64,000 nucleotides of DNA from an uncultured virus (IMG/VR IMGVR_UViG_3300025141_013938) (IMGVR_UViG_3300025141_013938); one strand, 5' to 3'. Counted from the first letter of the stretch, positions 9,333 to 19,900 are shown. Notes: generated by a model from the letters alone, not told the origin. Translations and numbers: made by a program.

Positions 9333-10372
9333 GATTTTTAATCACTGGAGCTGGTGGACTTATCGGAAGTGAAGCAGCTAGATATTTTTTAAAAAATAAT
9401 CTTGTCTGGGGAATTGATAATAATATGAGGGCCCAATTTTTTGGACCACAAGGAGATGTTACACCAGCAATAGACTCTCTAAATAATCTAGATGGATACA
9501 CTCATTTCTGGGCAGACATAACAAAAGAGGATCAGATAGAAGATATTTTTAGAAAGATCATGCCAGATGTCATTATTCATTGCGCAGCCCAGCCCTCACA
9601 TGATAAAGCTGCATCAATTCCACTATTAGATTTTGATGTGAATGCCAGAGGAACAATTCTTTTATTAGAGTCATTTAGAAAATATTGCAAAGAAGACTCA
9701 GTCTTTATACACATGAGTACAAATAAGGTTTATGGAGATGGACCAAATCATCTTTCTCTAGTAGAGCTAGAAAATAGATGGGAATATACTGATCCAGAGC
9801 TATTTGGTATCGGAATATCAGAAACATTTTCAATTGATAGGTGCTTACATTCCTTATTTGGAGCTTCAAAGGTGTCTGCAGATATTATTGCACAAGAATA
9901 TGGTAGATATTTTGGATTAAATGTAGGGATATTTAGAGGAGGATGTCTTACAGGTCCGCAGCACGCTGGCGTAGAGCTACACGGATTTTTGTCCTATATC
10001 ATCAAGTGTGCATTAAACAAAAAACATTATACAATATTTGGATATGGTGGAAAACAGGTGAGAGATCAAATTCACTCATTTGATGTGATAAGGGCTTTTG
10101 AATCTTTTATTCAGCACCCTAAAAAGGGAGAAGTCTATAATATCGGCGGAGGATATGAAAATAGTGCATCAGTTATTGAGATTATAGAGATTCTAAGAGA
10201 GAGATATGGGCTAGTTTTAAATTATTCACTTGATGATAAAAATAGAATAGGGGATCATATTTGCTATTACACTGATTTATCAAAATTTAAAAAAGATTTC
10301 ACTTCTTGGAATATATCTAGATCCCTAGATGATATAATTAATGAAATTATATCTAATGAAAGTCAAGGATAA
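9329..10372 (+). CDS. NAD-dependent sugar epimerase, CDP-paratose 2-epimerase (RfbE/tyvelose epimerase)-like
   Basis: GAGGLIG, HCAAQPS, STNKVYG, SLFGASK, QEYGRYFG and GKQVRD motifs of this extended-SDR subfamily. Confidence 0.75.
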   Translation: MRFLITGAGGLIGSEAARYFLKNNLVWGIDNNMRAQFFGPQGDVTPAIDSLNNLDGYTHFWADITKEDQIEDIFRKIMPDVIIHCAAQPSHDKAASIPLLDFDVNARGTILLLESFRKYCKEDSVFIHMSTNKVYGDGPNHLSLVELENRWEYTDPELFGIGISETFSIDRCLHSLFGASKVSADIIAQEYGRYFGLNVGIFRGGCLTGPQHAGVELHGFLSYIIKCALNKKHYTIFGYGGKQVRDQIHSFDVIRAFESFIQHPKKGEVYNIGGGYENSASVIEIIEILRERYGLVLNYSLDDKNRIGDHICYYTDLSKFKKDFTSWNISRSLDDIINEIISNESQG

Positions 10373-10377
10373 CACTA

Positions 10378-11298
10378 ATGGGAATAGAAGATATTAACAA
10401 AAATATTAATGAATTTCCTATTATTTTTAAAGATCAAGAACTTTACATCAAAGATACACGCGTCACTTCTGTCATTAATCAAATAATTTGTAGTGGGCAA
10501 CGACTAGATACTTCGACACTAAGTGATAACCAGCTAAAATTAATACGATCAGTTGAGAACTCTGTAAATAATGCTGAAATATTTAGGTCCAAATTGAATG
10601 ATGATATTTTAAATATGAGAGGAGTGACTTCAACATCTCGTAAGATTAGACATTTTTTAAATAATATCTGCGAACTATCTCCAGATTATTTAGAAGTTGG
10701 ATGTGCATCAGGATCTACATATATTTCTTCACACTATTTAAATAATATGAATTCCTCCTATGTGTGTGATTTATTTGCTGAATCTAAAAATGGAGAAAAT
10801 GGAAAGGATACTTTTTTAAATAATTGTCAAAAATATCTTGAAAAGGATCCAGAAAATTTATTTTCTGAAGATTGTTTTTCCCTTGATTTGTCAAAAATAT
10901 CCAATAAAATAAATCTCTATTTATATGACGCTAGACACAATGTAGATGATCAAGAAAAAGCTTTGACATATTTTGAAGAAGTTTTTGATGATGACGTTAT
11001 CTTTATAGTTGATGACTGGAATGATAGCAGGGTCAAGATAGGAACAGTCTTGGGACTGGCAAAGATAGGTTATGATATCATATGGTGGAATAGCCCTCCA
11101 GCTCATAGTCAAATTACATATCTATTTAAAAATATATTTGCACAAAGGGGACAAGTGAAATTTAGTAAGGATGATCCCTTTGGAGATGAATTTAGGTGGC
11201 ACAACGGATTGATGATAATGATTCTATCCAAGAGGAAAAAAAATAAGGATGGTCTTGAAGATAATGAACAATATATTGATGAATGGCTGGAGGGCTAG
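10378..11298 (+). CDS. Class I SAM-dependent methyltransferase (Methyltransf_24-like)
   Basis: YLEVGCASGST, YLYDARH, FIVDDWN. Confidence 0.7.
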   Translation: MGIEDINKNINEFPIIFKDQELYIKDTRVTSVINQIICSGQRLDTSTLSDNQLKLIRSVENSVNNAEIFRSKLNDDILNMRGVTSTSRKIRHFLNNICELSPDYLEVGCASGSTYISSHYLNNMNSSYVCDLFAESKNGENGKDTFLNNCQKYLEKDPENLFSEDCFSLDLSKISNKINLYLYDARHNVDDQEKALTYFEEVFDDDVIFIVDDWNDSRVKIGTVLGLAKIGYDIIWWNSPPAHSQITYLFKNIFAQRGQVKFSKDDPFGDEFRWHNGLMIMILSKRKKNKDGLEDNEQYIDEWLEG

Positions 11299-11300
11299 CA

Positions 11301-12326
11301 GTGAGTAATTTACCTAAAGTCACATTTGGAATAGTAAACTGTAATAGACTGTATTATTTAAAGAGCTGCTTAGAATCTCTAATTTTTTGTACGAAGAGCT
11401 ACGAAAACAAAGAGCTAATAGTTGTCGATAATGCGTCAATAGAAGAAGGAACCTCTGAATACCTAGATGAAATAGAAAAAAATGGAATAATCGTCGTACG
11501 GCAAAAGAAGAGAGATCCTAGTAATGAATTTGCAAAGGCACTTAACATAATATCAGAGATAGCAACAGGAGAGTATATCTGCCCACTACAGGGGGATATG
11601 CAATTTATAGTTAGAGGACCGTGGCTTGAAGAATATGTCAGATATTTTCAAAAACATGGAAATAATATAGGATGTATTTCTCTAGATGCTCAAAGAAAAA
11701 TCACAATTCGTAGGCGTTCACCATATGGAGTTTTTGACAAAGATGAGCTAGATAACCACTTTAGATTTTTTATAGAGCCAAAAAGACCCCCAATAAGCGG
11801 CGCAGCTGATGTGATGTATAGTAAAGAAATAATAAAGAAAATATATCCGTGGAATGTTAACAATTCAAGCCATGAGGGCGGTGATGATTCAGAAACTGCT
11901 ATGCTTAAAAAAATTGAAGACTTAGTTAGATCCAGTGACTTAAAGGATGTTTTCTTCATATCTCCACAAATTCCTGTTTCAGTTGCAATTCAAACTGACA
12001 GCCGAGGAACTAATGCAAGAGTTAGAGGGACTAAAAGATATGGAGACTATTGGCCAGCAAAAAAAGACTTTAGGTATTATGAGATATTTGAAATAGAAGA
12101 TCTCATTTCTAGCTGTGATAAAAATAGTCCTCCACTGGCAATAGACGATCTTGCCAAGGGGGTCGAGTGGAATGTTCCTAAAGACGAACTTGGAAATTGG
12201 CTAAAAAATCCAATTCAACCAGAAAGTGCATCTATTAATGACTATGTTGACTTAGAAATATCTAATAAGCCCCCAGAAGATTCTTTGTCTCCAGACTACT
12301 TGTCTGAATGGTTAGATGATGAGTAA
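11301..12326 (+). CDS. Family 2 glycosyltransferase
   Basis: PKVTFGIVNCNRL..LKSCLESL and ELIVVDNAS. Start moved to the in-frame GTG 11301, which has GGAGG 7 nt upstream. Confidence 0.75.
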   Translation: MSNLPKVTFGIVNCNRLYYLKSCLESLIFCTKSYENKELIVVDNASIEEGTSEYLDEIEKNGIIVVRQKKRDPSNEFAKALNIISEIATGEYICPLQGDMQFIVRGPWLEEYVRYFQKHGNNIGCISLDAQRKITIRRRSPYGVFDKDELDNHFRFFIEPKRPPISGAADVMYSKEIIKKIYPWNVNNSSHEGGDDSETAMLKKIEDLVRSSDLKDVFFISPQIPVSVAIQTDSRGTNARVRGTKRYGDYWPAKKDFRYYEIFEIEDLISSCDKNSPPLAIDDLAKGVEWNVPKDELGNWLKNPIQPESASINDYVDLEISNKPPEDSLSPDYLSEWLDDE

Positions 12327-13236
12327 GATTTTTGTACTGCCTCCTAGAGAAAGCTGGATATGTGATAGAATTTCAGCTGAGTGGTATGAAAATTGTCAAG
12401 ATATTTCAACAAAAAATATCATAGATGCAGACATAATATGGCTATTAGCAGGCTGGTGCTGGAAGCAAGTTAATTTAGAGCTTTTAAAGACAAAAAGAGT
12501 TGTTGTCACAATTCATCATATTGTTCCAGAAAAGTTTACGCAAGAAAAATTTAATGACTTTATGTTAAGAGATAAGTTTGTTGATCTTTATCACGTGCCC
12601 AATGATAAAGCCTACAAGGCTGTCTCTAGATTAACACAAAAACCAATTAAGGTAGTAGGCTACTGGTTTGATAAAAAAAAGTGGTTTCATGAAGAAAGGA
12701 GCACTTGTAGGGATAGGCTTGGGTTATCAAATAATGATTTCATAGTTGGATCATTTCAAAGAGATACAGAGGGATCTGACCTAATAACACCAAAGCTTGA
12801 AAAAGGTCCAGATCAGTTTTGTGATTATGTTGGAAACATGCAAAGAGATAATTTACATGTTCTCCTCGGCGGATGGCGACGACAATATGTGATATCTAGA
12901 CTAGAAAAAATGAAAATACCCTACACCTATTTTGAACTTGCAAACCTTGAAACTTTGCGTTTAATGTACTGTTCTCTAGACTTATATGCAATATCATCTA
13001 GATACGAGGGAGGCCCACAGTCAGCTCTAGAGGCCTCTGGAATGCACATCCCTATAGTATCTACAGATGTGGGTATGGTACCAGATATACTTCACAAAGA
13101 TTGTATATTTGAAAAATTAGATTCTAATTTCTATCCAAGTAAAAATCATGTAGAGTTCAACTTTGAACAAGCAATGAAATTTGAGATATTATTACATAAA
13201 GAAAGATATATTGAAATGTTTAAGGGAATATTGTGA
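12316..13236 (+). CDS. Family 4 (GT-B) glycosyltransferase
   Basis: EKGPD and SSRYEGGPQSALEAS..PIVSTDVG. Confidence 0.8.
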   Translation: MMSKIFVLPPRESWICDRISAEWYENCQDISTKNIIDADIIWLLAGWCWKQVNLELLKTKRVVVTIHHIVPEKFTQEKFNDFMLRDKFVDLYHVPNDKAYKAVSRLTQKPIKVVGYWFDKKKWFHEERSTCRDRLGLSNNDFIVGSFQRDTEGSDLITPKLEKGPDQFCDYVGNMQRDNLHVLLGGWRRQYVISRLEKMKIPYTYFELANLETLRLMYCSLDLYAISSRYEGGPQSALEASGMHIPIVSTDVGMVPDILHKDCIFEKLDSNFYPSKNHVEFNFEQAMKFEILLHKERYIEMFKGIL

Positions 13237-14216
13237 AAAAAAAGGTAGCTTTGATAACAGGAATAAACGGGATGGACGGTAGCCATCTAGCAGACTTTCT
13301 TCTTGATAGAGACTATGAGATTTTCGGTGTTGAAAGAAGGTCTTCTGTTAAAAATAGAACAAATACAAAACATCTAGAAGGAAAGGTAACTTTTCTCACA
13401 GGCGATCTAACAGACCAAAATTCACTCTTTAGGTGTCTAAAGCAGAGCAATCCTGATGAGGTTTATAATTTAGCTGCGCAGTCTTTTGTAGGAGAAAGTT
13501 GGAATACACCAGAGCAAACATCTGATGTCACAGGTCTAGGGGCACTAAGAATGCTAGAGGCCCTCAGAGAATATAAAGAGACACGTAGTGATTTACGGTA
13601 TTATCAAGCCAGTTCATCAGAAATGTTTGGTAGAATGGTTGAAAATCCAGCAAGTGAAACTACACCGTTTTATCCTAGAAGTCCATATGGTGTCTCTAAA
13701 CTATATGCACACTGGATCACTAAAAACTATAGAGAGTCATACGGTATGTTTAACTGCTCTGGTATACTCTTTAATCATGAGTCTGAAAGGAGAGGATTAG
13801 AATTTGTGACTAGAAAAATATCTAATGGTGTTGCAAAAATAAGTCTAGGAATAGCAGACCATATATCTTTAGGAAATCTTGATGCTAAGCGAGACTGGGG
13901 CTATGCACCTGACTATGTTGAATCAATGTGGCTAATGCTTCAACAAGATGAACCTGATGATTATGTAGTTGCTACTGGAAAGTGTCACTCTATACGAGAC
14001 TTTTTAAGTGAAGCATTCTCCTTAGTGGGAATCGAAGACTGGAAAGATTATATTATTCAAGATCCAAGATTTATGAGACCTGCTGAAGTAGATGTTCTCG
14101 TTGGAGATAGCTCAAGGGCGAAGAATAATTTGGGGTGGGAGCCTAAGACATCTTTTAAGGAATTAGTAAGCATCATGGTTAATAGTGATATTGAAATATT
14201 AAAAAAGAGCTTATAG
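13233..14216 (+). CDS. gmd: GDP-mannose 4,6-dehydratase
   Basis: ALITGINGMDGSHLA, NLAAQSFV, YQASSSEMFG, PRSPYGVSK, LFNHES, GNLDAKRDWG, RPAEV. Confidence 0.95.
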   Translation: MKKKVALITGINGMDGSHLADFLLDRDYEIFGVERRSSVKNRTNTKHLEGKVTFLTGDLTDQNSLFRCLKQSNPDEVYNLAAQSFVGESWNTPEQTSDVTGLGALRMLEALREYKETRSDLRYYQASSSEMFGRMVENPASETTPFYPRSPYGVSKLYAHWITKNYRESYGMFNCSGILFNHESERRGLEFVTRKISNGVAKISLGIADHISLGNLDAKRDWGYAPDYVESMWLMLQQDEPDDYVVATGKCHSIRDFLSEAFSLVGIEDWKDYIIQDPRFMRPAEVDVLVGDSSRAKNNLGWEPKTSFKELVSIMVNSDIEILKKSL

Positions 14217-14260
14217 TCACTTTATTTAAATGTGTGATATGAAATACGAGGGAGTTTTTA

Positions 14261-15901
14261 ATGGTTTCTGAAAAAATGATAGCAGGCGTATGGTCAGGCC
14301 ATGATTCATCTTATTGTATTCTAGATGGTGGACGACCTATCATACACGATGAATATGAGAGATTTATAAGAGAAAAAGAGCCAGCCGGTGACTCTGTAAG
14401 ATTTCTTTTAGATAACTTTAAAGACCACGGATCATTAAAGTATGTAGCAACATGTACACCAACTAATAAGCTAACAGAGCACAAAGAGTCTCTTATAGAG
14501 ATAAATTCAATAATTTCTAAAAACGGTGGAGGCATATATTCAGTTGGACATCATCAAGCACATGCTGCAAATACATTCTTTTCTAGCAATTTCAAAGAAT
14601 CACTAATCTTGACAATCGACGGCGGCGGAGTCGAGGATGATGGATTTGAGACAGCATTCACTGTGTGGACAGGCAAAGAAAATGAAATTAACTGTAAGTA
14701 CAGACTTCCAATGAATGTCTTAAACATAGGTGGGCTCTGGACACGGGCCACAAGGTATATTTTTGAACTACAGTCAGGGTGGCCACGGGGTCACCAGGCA
14801 GGATCTGTGATGGCCATGGCAGCCTTGGGAGATAGGGAAAAATATGTAAAAGATTTTCATAAAATGCTTACAGAAGACATACAGATAGCTTCTTTTAAGC
14901 CTCCAAATCAGCCAAAGGGAGCTTTAATCTTAGGTAATGATCCAAAGCATCCCTATCTAGACAAATGGAATAAGATAGCAAGAAAAAGTGAGCAAGATAA
15001 GTTTGATCTAGCAGCAGGCCTACAATATGCCACAGAGATCTTCTTTAAAGCTCTTATGACACAAATTATAGGAGAAGTTCCTCAAAAAAATCTTTGTTTA
15101 GCTGGCGGCGTATCTCTAAATTGTGTTCTCATAGGAAAGATAAAAGAATGGTTTCCGCAGATAGAAAATATATTTGCAACAACAGTTCCACATGACGGCG
15201 GCATAGCTATAGGGGCAGCTCAGTATGTCTGGCATCAAGTCTTAAGAAACGAAAGAATTAAGTGGAAGGATAATTTCACTCCATATCTAGGCAAAACATA
15301 CTCAGAGCAAGAAGTGATGAAGTCGATATCAGATAAAGATAGCGTCGAAATAAAAAAAGTTTCAGACAGCGATGTTATTGATCTTCTCGATCACCAGAAA
15401 ATTATCTCGGTATTTGGACAAGGTTCAGAATCAGGTCGTCGTGCACTAGGAAATAGAAGCATATTAGCAGATCCCCGCTCATCTAAAATGAAAGAAATAA
15501 TAAATGATAAGGTGAAGCACAGGCAGTGGTATAGACCATTTGCTCCCTCAATCTTAGAGGAAGAGGGGAAAAATTGGTTTGAAAACTATCAAGAGAGTCC
15601 ATATATGAGCTTTGCACTACACTTCAAAGAGGAAAAGAAGGAACTAGTTCCAGCTGTTGTTCACGTAGATGGAACAGCTAGATTGCAGACAGTTACAAGT
15701 AATGATAATAATTGGTATCATAATTTTTTAAAGATGTGGCACAAAAAATCTGGTGTTCCTATTTTACTTAATACGAGCTTTAATGATAGAGAGCCAATAT
15801 GTGAAACACCAGACCATGCAATTAATTGTTTTTTAGGTACAGATATTGACTATCTATACTTTTATGATTATGGATTTTTGCTTTCAAAGGTAGACAAATG
15901 A
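14261..15901 (+). CDS. Carbamoyltransferase (NodU/CmcH/NovN family)
   Basis: HDSS, ERFIREK, HHQAHAA, DGGG, AGGVSLN, GRRALGNRSILADP, RPFAPS, HVDGTARLQTV, LLNTSFN. Confidence 0.92.
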   Translation: MVSEKMIAGVWSGHDSSYCILDGGRPIIHDEYERFIREKEPAGDSVRFLLDNFKDHGSLKYVATCTPTNKLTEHKESLIEINSIISKNGGGIYSVGHHQAHAANTFFSSNFKESLILTIDGGGVEDDGFETAFTVWTGKENEINCKYRLPMNVLNIGGLWTRATRYIFELQSGWPRGHQAGSVMAMAALGDREKYVKDFHKMLTEDIQIASFKPPNQPKGALILGNDPKHPYLDKWNKIARKSEQDKFDLAAGLQYATEIFFKALMTQIIGEVPQKNLCLAGGVSLNCVLIGKIKEWFPQIENIFATTVPHDGGIAIGAAQYVWHQVLRNERIKWKDNFTPYLGKTYSEQEVMKSISDKDSVEIKKVSDSDVIDLLDHQKIISVFGQGSESGRRALGNRSILADPRSSKMKEIINDKVKHRQWYRPFAPSILEEEGKNWFENYQESPYMSFALHFKEEKKELVPAVVHVDGTARLQTVTSNDNNWYHNFLKMWHKKSGVPILLNTSFNDREPICETPDHAINCFLGTDIDYLYFYDYGFLLSKVDK

Positions 15902-16491
15902 AAGTATGCATAGTTGGAAATTCACCTAATCTTTTAGATAAAGACTTAGGTGATAAAATAGACATGTGTGACCATGTCATTAGAATTAATGATTTTGTAA
16001 TAGAGGGATTTGAAAAACAGATAGGCTCTAAAACAACTATTATTGCAGCAGGTTTTAGTTCTATTTCTAAGATGCTAAAGGGTGATTACACAACAAGTCA
16101 TCTTATGAATACGTGTGATATATGGGTTCTTCATCCAGAACCAGGAAGGATTAGCAGTGTTGTCAACTATGGAGTGAGTAAAGATAGAATATTTGTAATA
16201 GATGGAGATGCTTATAGCTTTTTAAAAAATGTCATTTATGAAAATTTTTGGAGAAAGATACCTTCTTGTGGAATAGCAACTATTCAAATGTCACTTAATC
16301 ACTTTAAAAGTGATGAAATATTTATCGTGGGATTTGATGAAAATACTGGAAAAGAAGGAAAAGGTCACTATTATGAAAAAGACTTTCTTGATATAGACCT
16401 TCCAGGTGACCCAGTAGGTCATGATTTCGCATCCGAAAATTCTTACATACAGAGACTTGTCGATAAAGAAAGAATTAAAAGGCTTGAATAA
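15898..16491 (+). CDS. GT29-like sialyltransferase
   Basis: Sialylmotif L (CIVGNSPNL..GDKID..DHVIRIN..GFEKQIGSKTT), motif S (PSCG..EIFIVGFD), motif III (HYYE) and VS (HDFASE). Confidence 0.82.
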   Translation: MKVCIVGNSPNLLDKDLGDKIDMCDHVIRINDFVIEGFEKQIGSKTTIIAAGFSSISKMLKGDYTTSHLMNTCDIWVLHPEPGRISSVVNYGVSKDRIFVIDGDAYSFLKNVIYENFWRKIPSCGIATIQMSLNHFKSDEIFIVGFDENTGKEGKGHYYEKDFLDIDLPGDPVGHDFASENSYIQRLVDKERIKRLE

Positions 16492-16503
16492 AAGAGCTTT
16501 GTA

Positions 16504-16533
16504 TTGAAAATCTTTATTAATTTTAAATATAAT
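16504..16533 (+). promoter_or_regulatory. Sigma70-like promoter upstream of the NeuA fusion
   Basis: TTGAAA-N18-TATAAT, then a GGAGG RBS. Confidence 0.55.
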
Positions 16534-16553
16534 TCTATTGTTCGGAGGCTTGA

Positions 16554-17792
16554 ATGAATACGTGGTATGTCATACCTGCACGCAAGGGTTCTAAGGGGCT
16601 CAAGTTTAAAAATAGAAGACTGTTGCCAATAACAGTAAATCAGATACCTGATCATGAAAAAGATAATATCATAGTATCTACTGATGACGAAGCTCTAATT
16701 GATTTCTGTAAAGAGAAAAATATTTTATTTAGAGATAGGCCTCGCCATCTATCTAGTGATGAAGCATCTTTAAAGGATGTGATTTTAGATACTGTACAGT
16801 ATTTTAAAATGGATTCAGATGATATAGTTGTAATTCTTTTTCCAACATTTCCACAAAGAACATTTGATGATATCAGAGAAGCCTTAGCTTTTCTAGATAA
16901 AAATAACTTAAAGTCTTGCACAGGAAAAAGAGTCATAGAAGATAATCATCCGTATCTGTGCTTTGAAAAGTCTGGGAGCATACTGGGAAAAAAGGTCGTA
17001 GATCATCCACACTATAGAAGACAAGACTATCCAGACTGTTTTGGACTTTGTCATCTTGTATGTGTTGCAAAGGCATCAGAGGTATCAAGGCTTGATGATC
17101 TTTTGGTAAATTCTGAAACAGGCTACATGTGGTGTAGAGATGATCTCATAGATGTTGATTATGAAGAAGATTTTTTAAAGTATTCTGAAAAAATGACATC
17201 TGGAATTGAAAGATTTAATCCTAGGGCTTTTGAAATAGAATTTTCTCCATTTATAAGACACTTTGATAGATACTTTGATGCAATAAAGCTTTTGGGAAAA
17301 ACAGGAGATAGAGAGTCTTGGCTAGACTGTGCCTGTGGCAGTGGATATGGAACATCTTTTTTAACAAATTTTACTAGTAATGTATGGGGGTATGATAGAG
17401 ATAAAGAGGCTATCATGCATGCTAACTGCTTCTATAAGAATAGATTTTGCAATTTTACTTCTAGTATAAATGACCTTAGTGATAAAAGATTTGATATAAT
17501 TTTTTCAATTGAAACCATAGAGCACATGCCTATAGAGGAAGCAAAAGTCTTTTTAAGGCAGTGCAATGATATGCTTGTAGATGATGGGCACCTATTAATC
17601 ACAACACCAATTGTTGAAAAAACAAATTTAAATCCTACTAATGAATTTCATTTTTTTGAATGTTCACTGAGTGATTTTGTTAGTCTCTTAGCTGATGGTG
17701 GATTTAATGTGGTCGATACATTATTAAAAGAAACAACTTTTACAGATGGTGAAACAAAAGACCAGGGATATTTTAAGTGTCAAAAATCGTAG
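16554..17792 (+). CDS. CMP-nonulosonate synthetase (NeuA-like cytidylyltransferase) fused to a class I SAM methyltransferase
   Basis: N-terminal IPARKGSKGLKFKN, VSTDD, RRQD, IDVD. C-terminal WLDCACGSGYG, SIETIEH, LITTP. Confidence 0.85.
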   Translation: MNTWYVIPARKGSKGLKFKNRRLLPITVNQIPDHEKDNIIVSTDDEALIDFCKEKNILFRDRPRHLSSDEASLKDVILDTVQYFKMDSDDIVVILFPTFPQRTFDDIREALAFLDKNNLKSCTGKRVIEDNHPYLCFEKSGSILGKKVVDHPHYRRQDYPDCFGLCHLVCVAKASEVSRLDDLLVNSETGYMWCRDDLIDVDYEEDFLKYSEKMTSGIERFNPRAFEIEFSPFIRHFDRYFDAIKLLGKTGDRESWLDCACGSGYGTSFLTNFTSNVWGYDRDKEAIMHANCFYKNRFCNFTSSINDLSDKRFDIIFSIETIEHMPIEEAKVFLRQCNDMLVDDGHLLITTPIVEKTNLNPTNEFHFFECSLSDFVSLLADGGFNVVDTLLKETTFTDGETKDQGYFKCQKS

Positions 17793-17849
17793 TAAATTTT
17801 TATAAATCTTAAAGCTTATAACTTATAATTCATATAGTAGGAGACAAAA

Positions 17850-18719
17850 GTGAAAAGCAATAGAAAAAATGTGTTTGTTATCGCAGAAATTGGTATCAAT
17901 CACAATGGTGATCTCGAAATAGCAAAGCGATTAATAGATGAAGCTAATAAGGCAGGATTCAATGCTGTAAAATTTCAAAAGAGAACAGTAGAAGATGTGT
18001 ATGCTCCTGAAGAGCTTGACAGACTACGAGAAAGTCCATTTGGAACAACAAATAGAGAACAAAAAAACGGACTAGAGTTTAGAGAAGCAGACTATGATGA
18101 AATTGATAGATACTGTAAGACTCTATGTATTGAATGGTTTGCATCTTCTTGGGATATTAAGAGTCAAGAATTTATTAGGAAGTATGACTTAAAGTACAAT
18201 AAAGTTGCTTCTGCAATGTTAACCGTAACACCTCTTCTTCATAAGATCGCTGAAGAAAGAAAGCACACATTTATATCTACTGGAATGAGTACTCTTAGAG
18301 AAATTGATGAAGCTGTAAGAGTTTTTAGAAAATATGACTGTCCATTTGAATTGATGCACTGTAACTCATCTTATCCCATGAAGGATGAAGAAGCAAATCT
18401 TTTAGTTATTAAAACTCTAAGAAACAGATACAGTTGTGATGTTGGGTATAGCGGACATGAAAGGGGTGTTAGTGTGACTCTAGCTGCAACAGCAATTGGA
18501 GCTACTAGCATTGAAAGACATATAACTCTAGATAGAACGATGTATGGGTCTGATCAAGCTGCATCTCTTGGACTTCCAGCAGTAAGAAAGCTTGTGAGAG
18601 ATATTAGGGTTATTGAATCTGCTATGGGTGATGGTGAAAAAAGAATATATGAGAGCGAGAAATCTTGTAGAGAGAAGCTATCAAATCCTTACTGGTTGAA
18701 GAAAATGCGAGGTGAATAG
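17850..18719 (+). CDS. neuB: N-acetylneuraminate/nonulosonate synthase (short form without the C-terminal AFPL/SAF domain)
   Basis: IAEIGINHNGD, AVKFQ, ISTGMS, HCNSSYP, GYSGHE, IERHITLD; 289 aa. Confidence 0.9.
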   Translation: MKSNRKNVFVIAEIGINHNGDLEIAKRLIDEANKAGFNAVKFQKRTVEDVYAPEELDRLRESPFGTTNREQKNGLEFREADYDEIDRYCKTLCIEWFASSWDIKSQEFIRKYDLKYNKVASAMLTVTPLLHKIAEERKHTFISTGMSTLREIDEAVRVFRKYDCPFELMHCNSSYPMKDEEANLLVIKTLRNRYSCDVGYSGHERGVSVTLAATAIGATSIERHITLDRTMYGSDQAASLGLPAVRKLVRDIRVIESAMGDGEKRIYESEKSCREKLSNPYWLKKMRGE

Positions 18720-19900
18720 TGATGGGTGATCCGAAGTGGACCTCGGGAAATGAATTAAAGTATTTAAAAGAAGTTCTTAGTAATGAGCACAAGTCAAATC
18801 CATTTACTGACAGGCTTGAATCATCTTTTTGTGAGCTTTATAGCACAAAGTATGCCATAGCGATGAACTCTGCAACTAGTGCAATTCATACAGCCCTGGT
18901 TGCAGCAGGTGTTGGTCCCGGTGATGAAGTTATTACAACTCCATACACTGTTCTTGTAGATAGTAGCATGGCGATGATAGTTGGAGCAACTCCTGTTTTT
19001 GCAGATATTGACTATAACACTCATAATATTTGCCCAAAGTCTATTTCTGAAAGAATTACTGATAAGACAAAGGCAATTATTGCTGTTTCTTATCATGGTC
19101 TTCCCACTGATATTGATCCAATTATGGACCTAGTAAAGGGAACAGATATAGTTGTAATTGAAGACAATGCTCAAACACAATGTGCACTATATAAGAATAG
19201 AAATATTGGAAATACTGCTCATTTTTCTCTTTGGTCTTTTGAGAGAACAAAACATCTTTCAACCGGCGAGGGAGGAATTCTGTGTACAAATGATGAAAAT
19301 CTGGCCACAGAAGCAAGAAAGTTTGCAGGAATGGGATTTAAGAATCTAACAGCTGGAAAAAGTAAAATGGTAGCAATCACACCAAAAGATTTTCAGAGAC
19401 CAGATTATACACGTCATGATCGAATTGGATTAAACTATCGCTACAATGAATTTTGTGCAGCAGTAGCACTTGCACAATTTGAAAGGCTAGAAGAGATTGT
19501 CAGGCTAAGGCAAGATGTAGCAAAGCTTTATGATGATGCATTTGCTGACACAGACTTCGAACCTCAGCTTGTTCCTGAAGGGTATACTAGTGCATACTTT
19601 ACATATTGTGCTAAGTCTCCATTTAATAATACACGAGAGTGGTTAGCATTTTATAACTATCATCATAATAATTGTGGAGATGATTTTTATGGGATGATGC
19701 AGCCTTCTTATTTTGAACCGATCATGGTTGAAAAAGGTTTCGCTGAAAAGTATGGGGGTACCTGTCCTGTAGCAGAAGAAGTTCAAAGAAGAAGTATGTT
19801 ATTTAAGACAAATTATAGAAGTCTTGAAGAGGCAAATCGATATATTGATATTCTTAAACTGACCCTCTGTGCACATATGGAGGGAAAAATAAGAGCATGA
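18719..19900 (+). CDS. DegT/DnrJ/EryC1/StrS PLP-dependent sugar aminotransferase
   Basis: NSATSAIH, GPGDEVI, IEDNAQ, SFERTKHLSTGEGG, GLNYR. Confidence 0.9.
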   Translation: MMGDPKWTSGNELKYLKEVLSNEHKSNPFTDRLESSFCELYSTKYAIAMNSATSAIHTALVAAGVGPGDEVITTPYTVLVDSSMAMIVGATPVFADIDYNTHNICPKSISERITDKTKAIIAVSYHGLPTDIDPIMDLVKGTDIVVIEDNAQTQCALYKNRNIGNTAHFSLWSFERTKHLSTGEGGILCTNDENLATEARKFAGMGFKNLTAGKSKMVAITPKDFQRPDYTRHDRIGLNYRYNEFCAAVALAQFERLEEIVRLRQDVAKLYDDAFADTDFEPQLVPEGYTSAYFTYCAKSPFNNTREWLAFYNYHHNNCGDDFYGMMQPSYFEPIMVEKGFAEKYGGTCPVAEEVQRRSMLFKTNYRSLEEANRYIDILKLTLCAHMEGKIRA

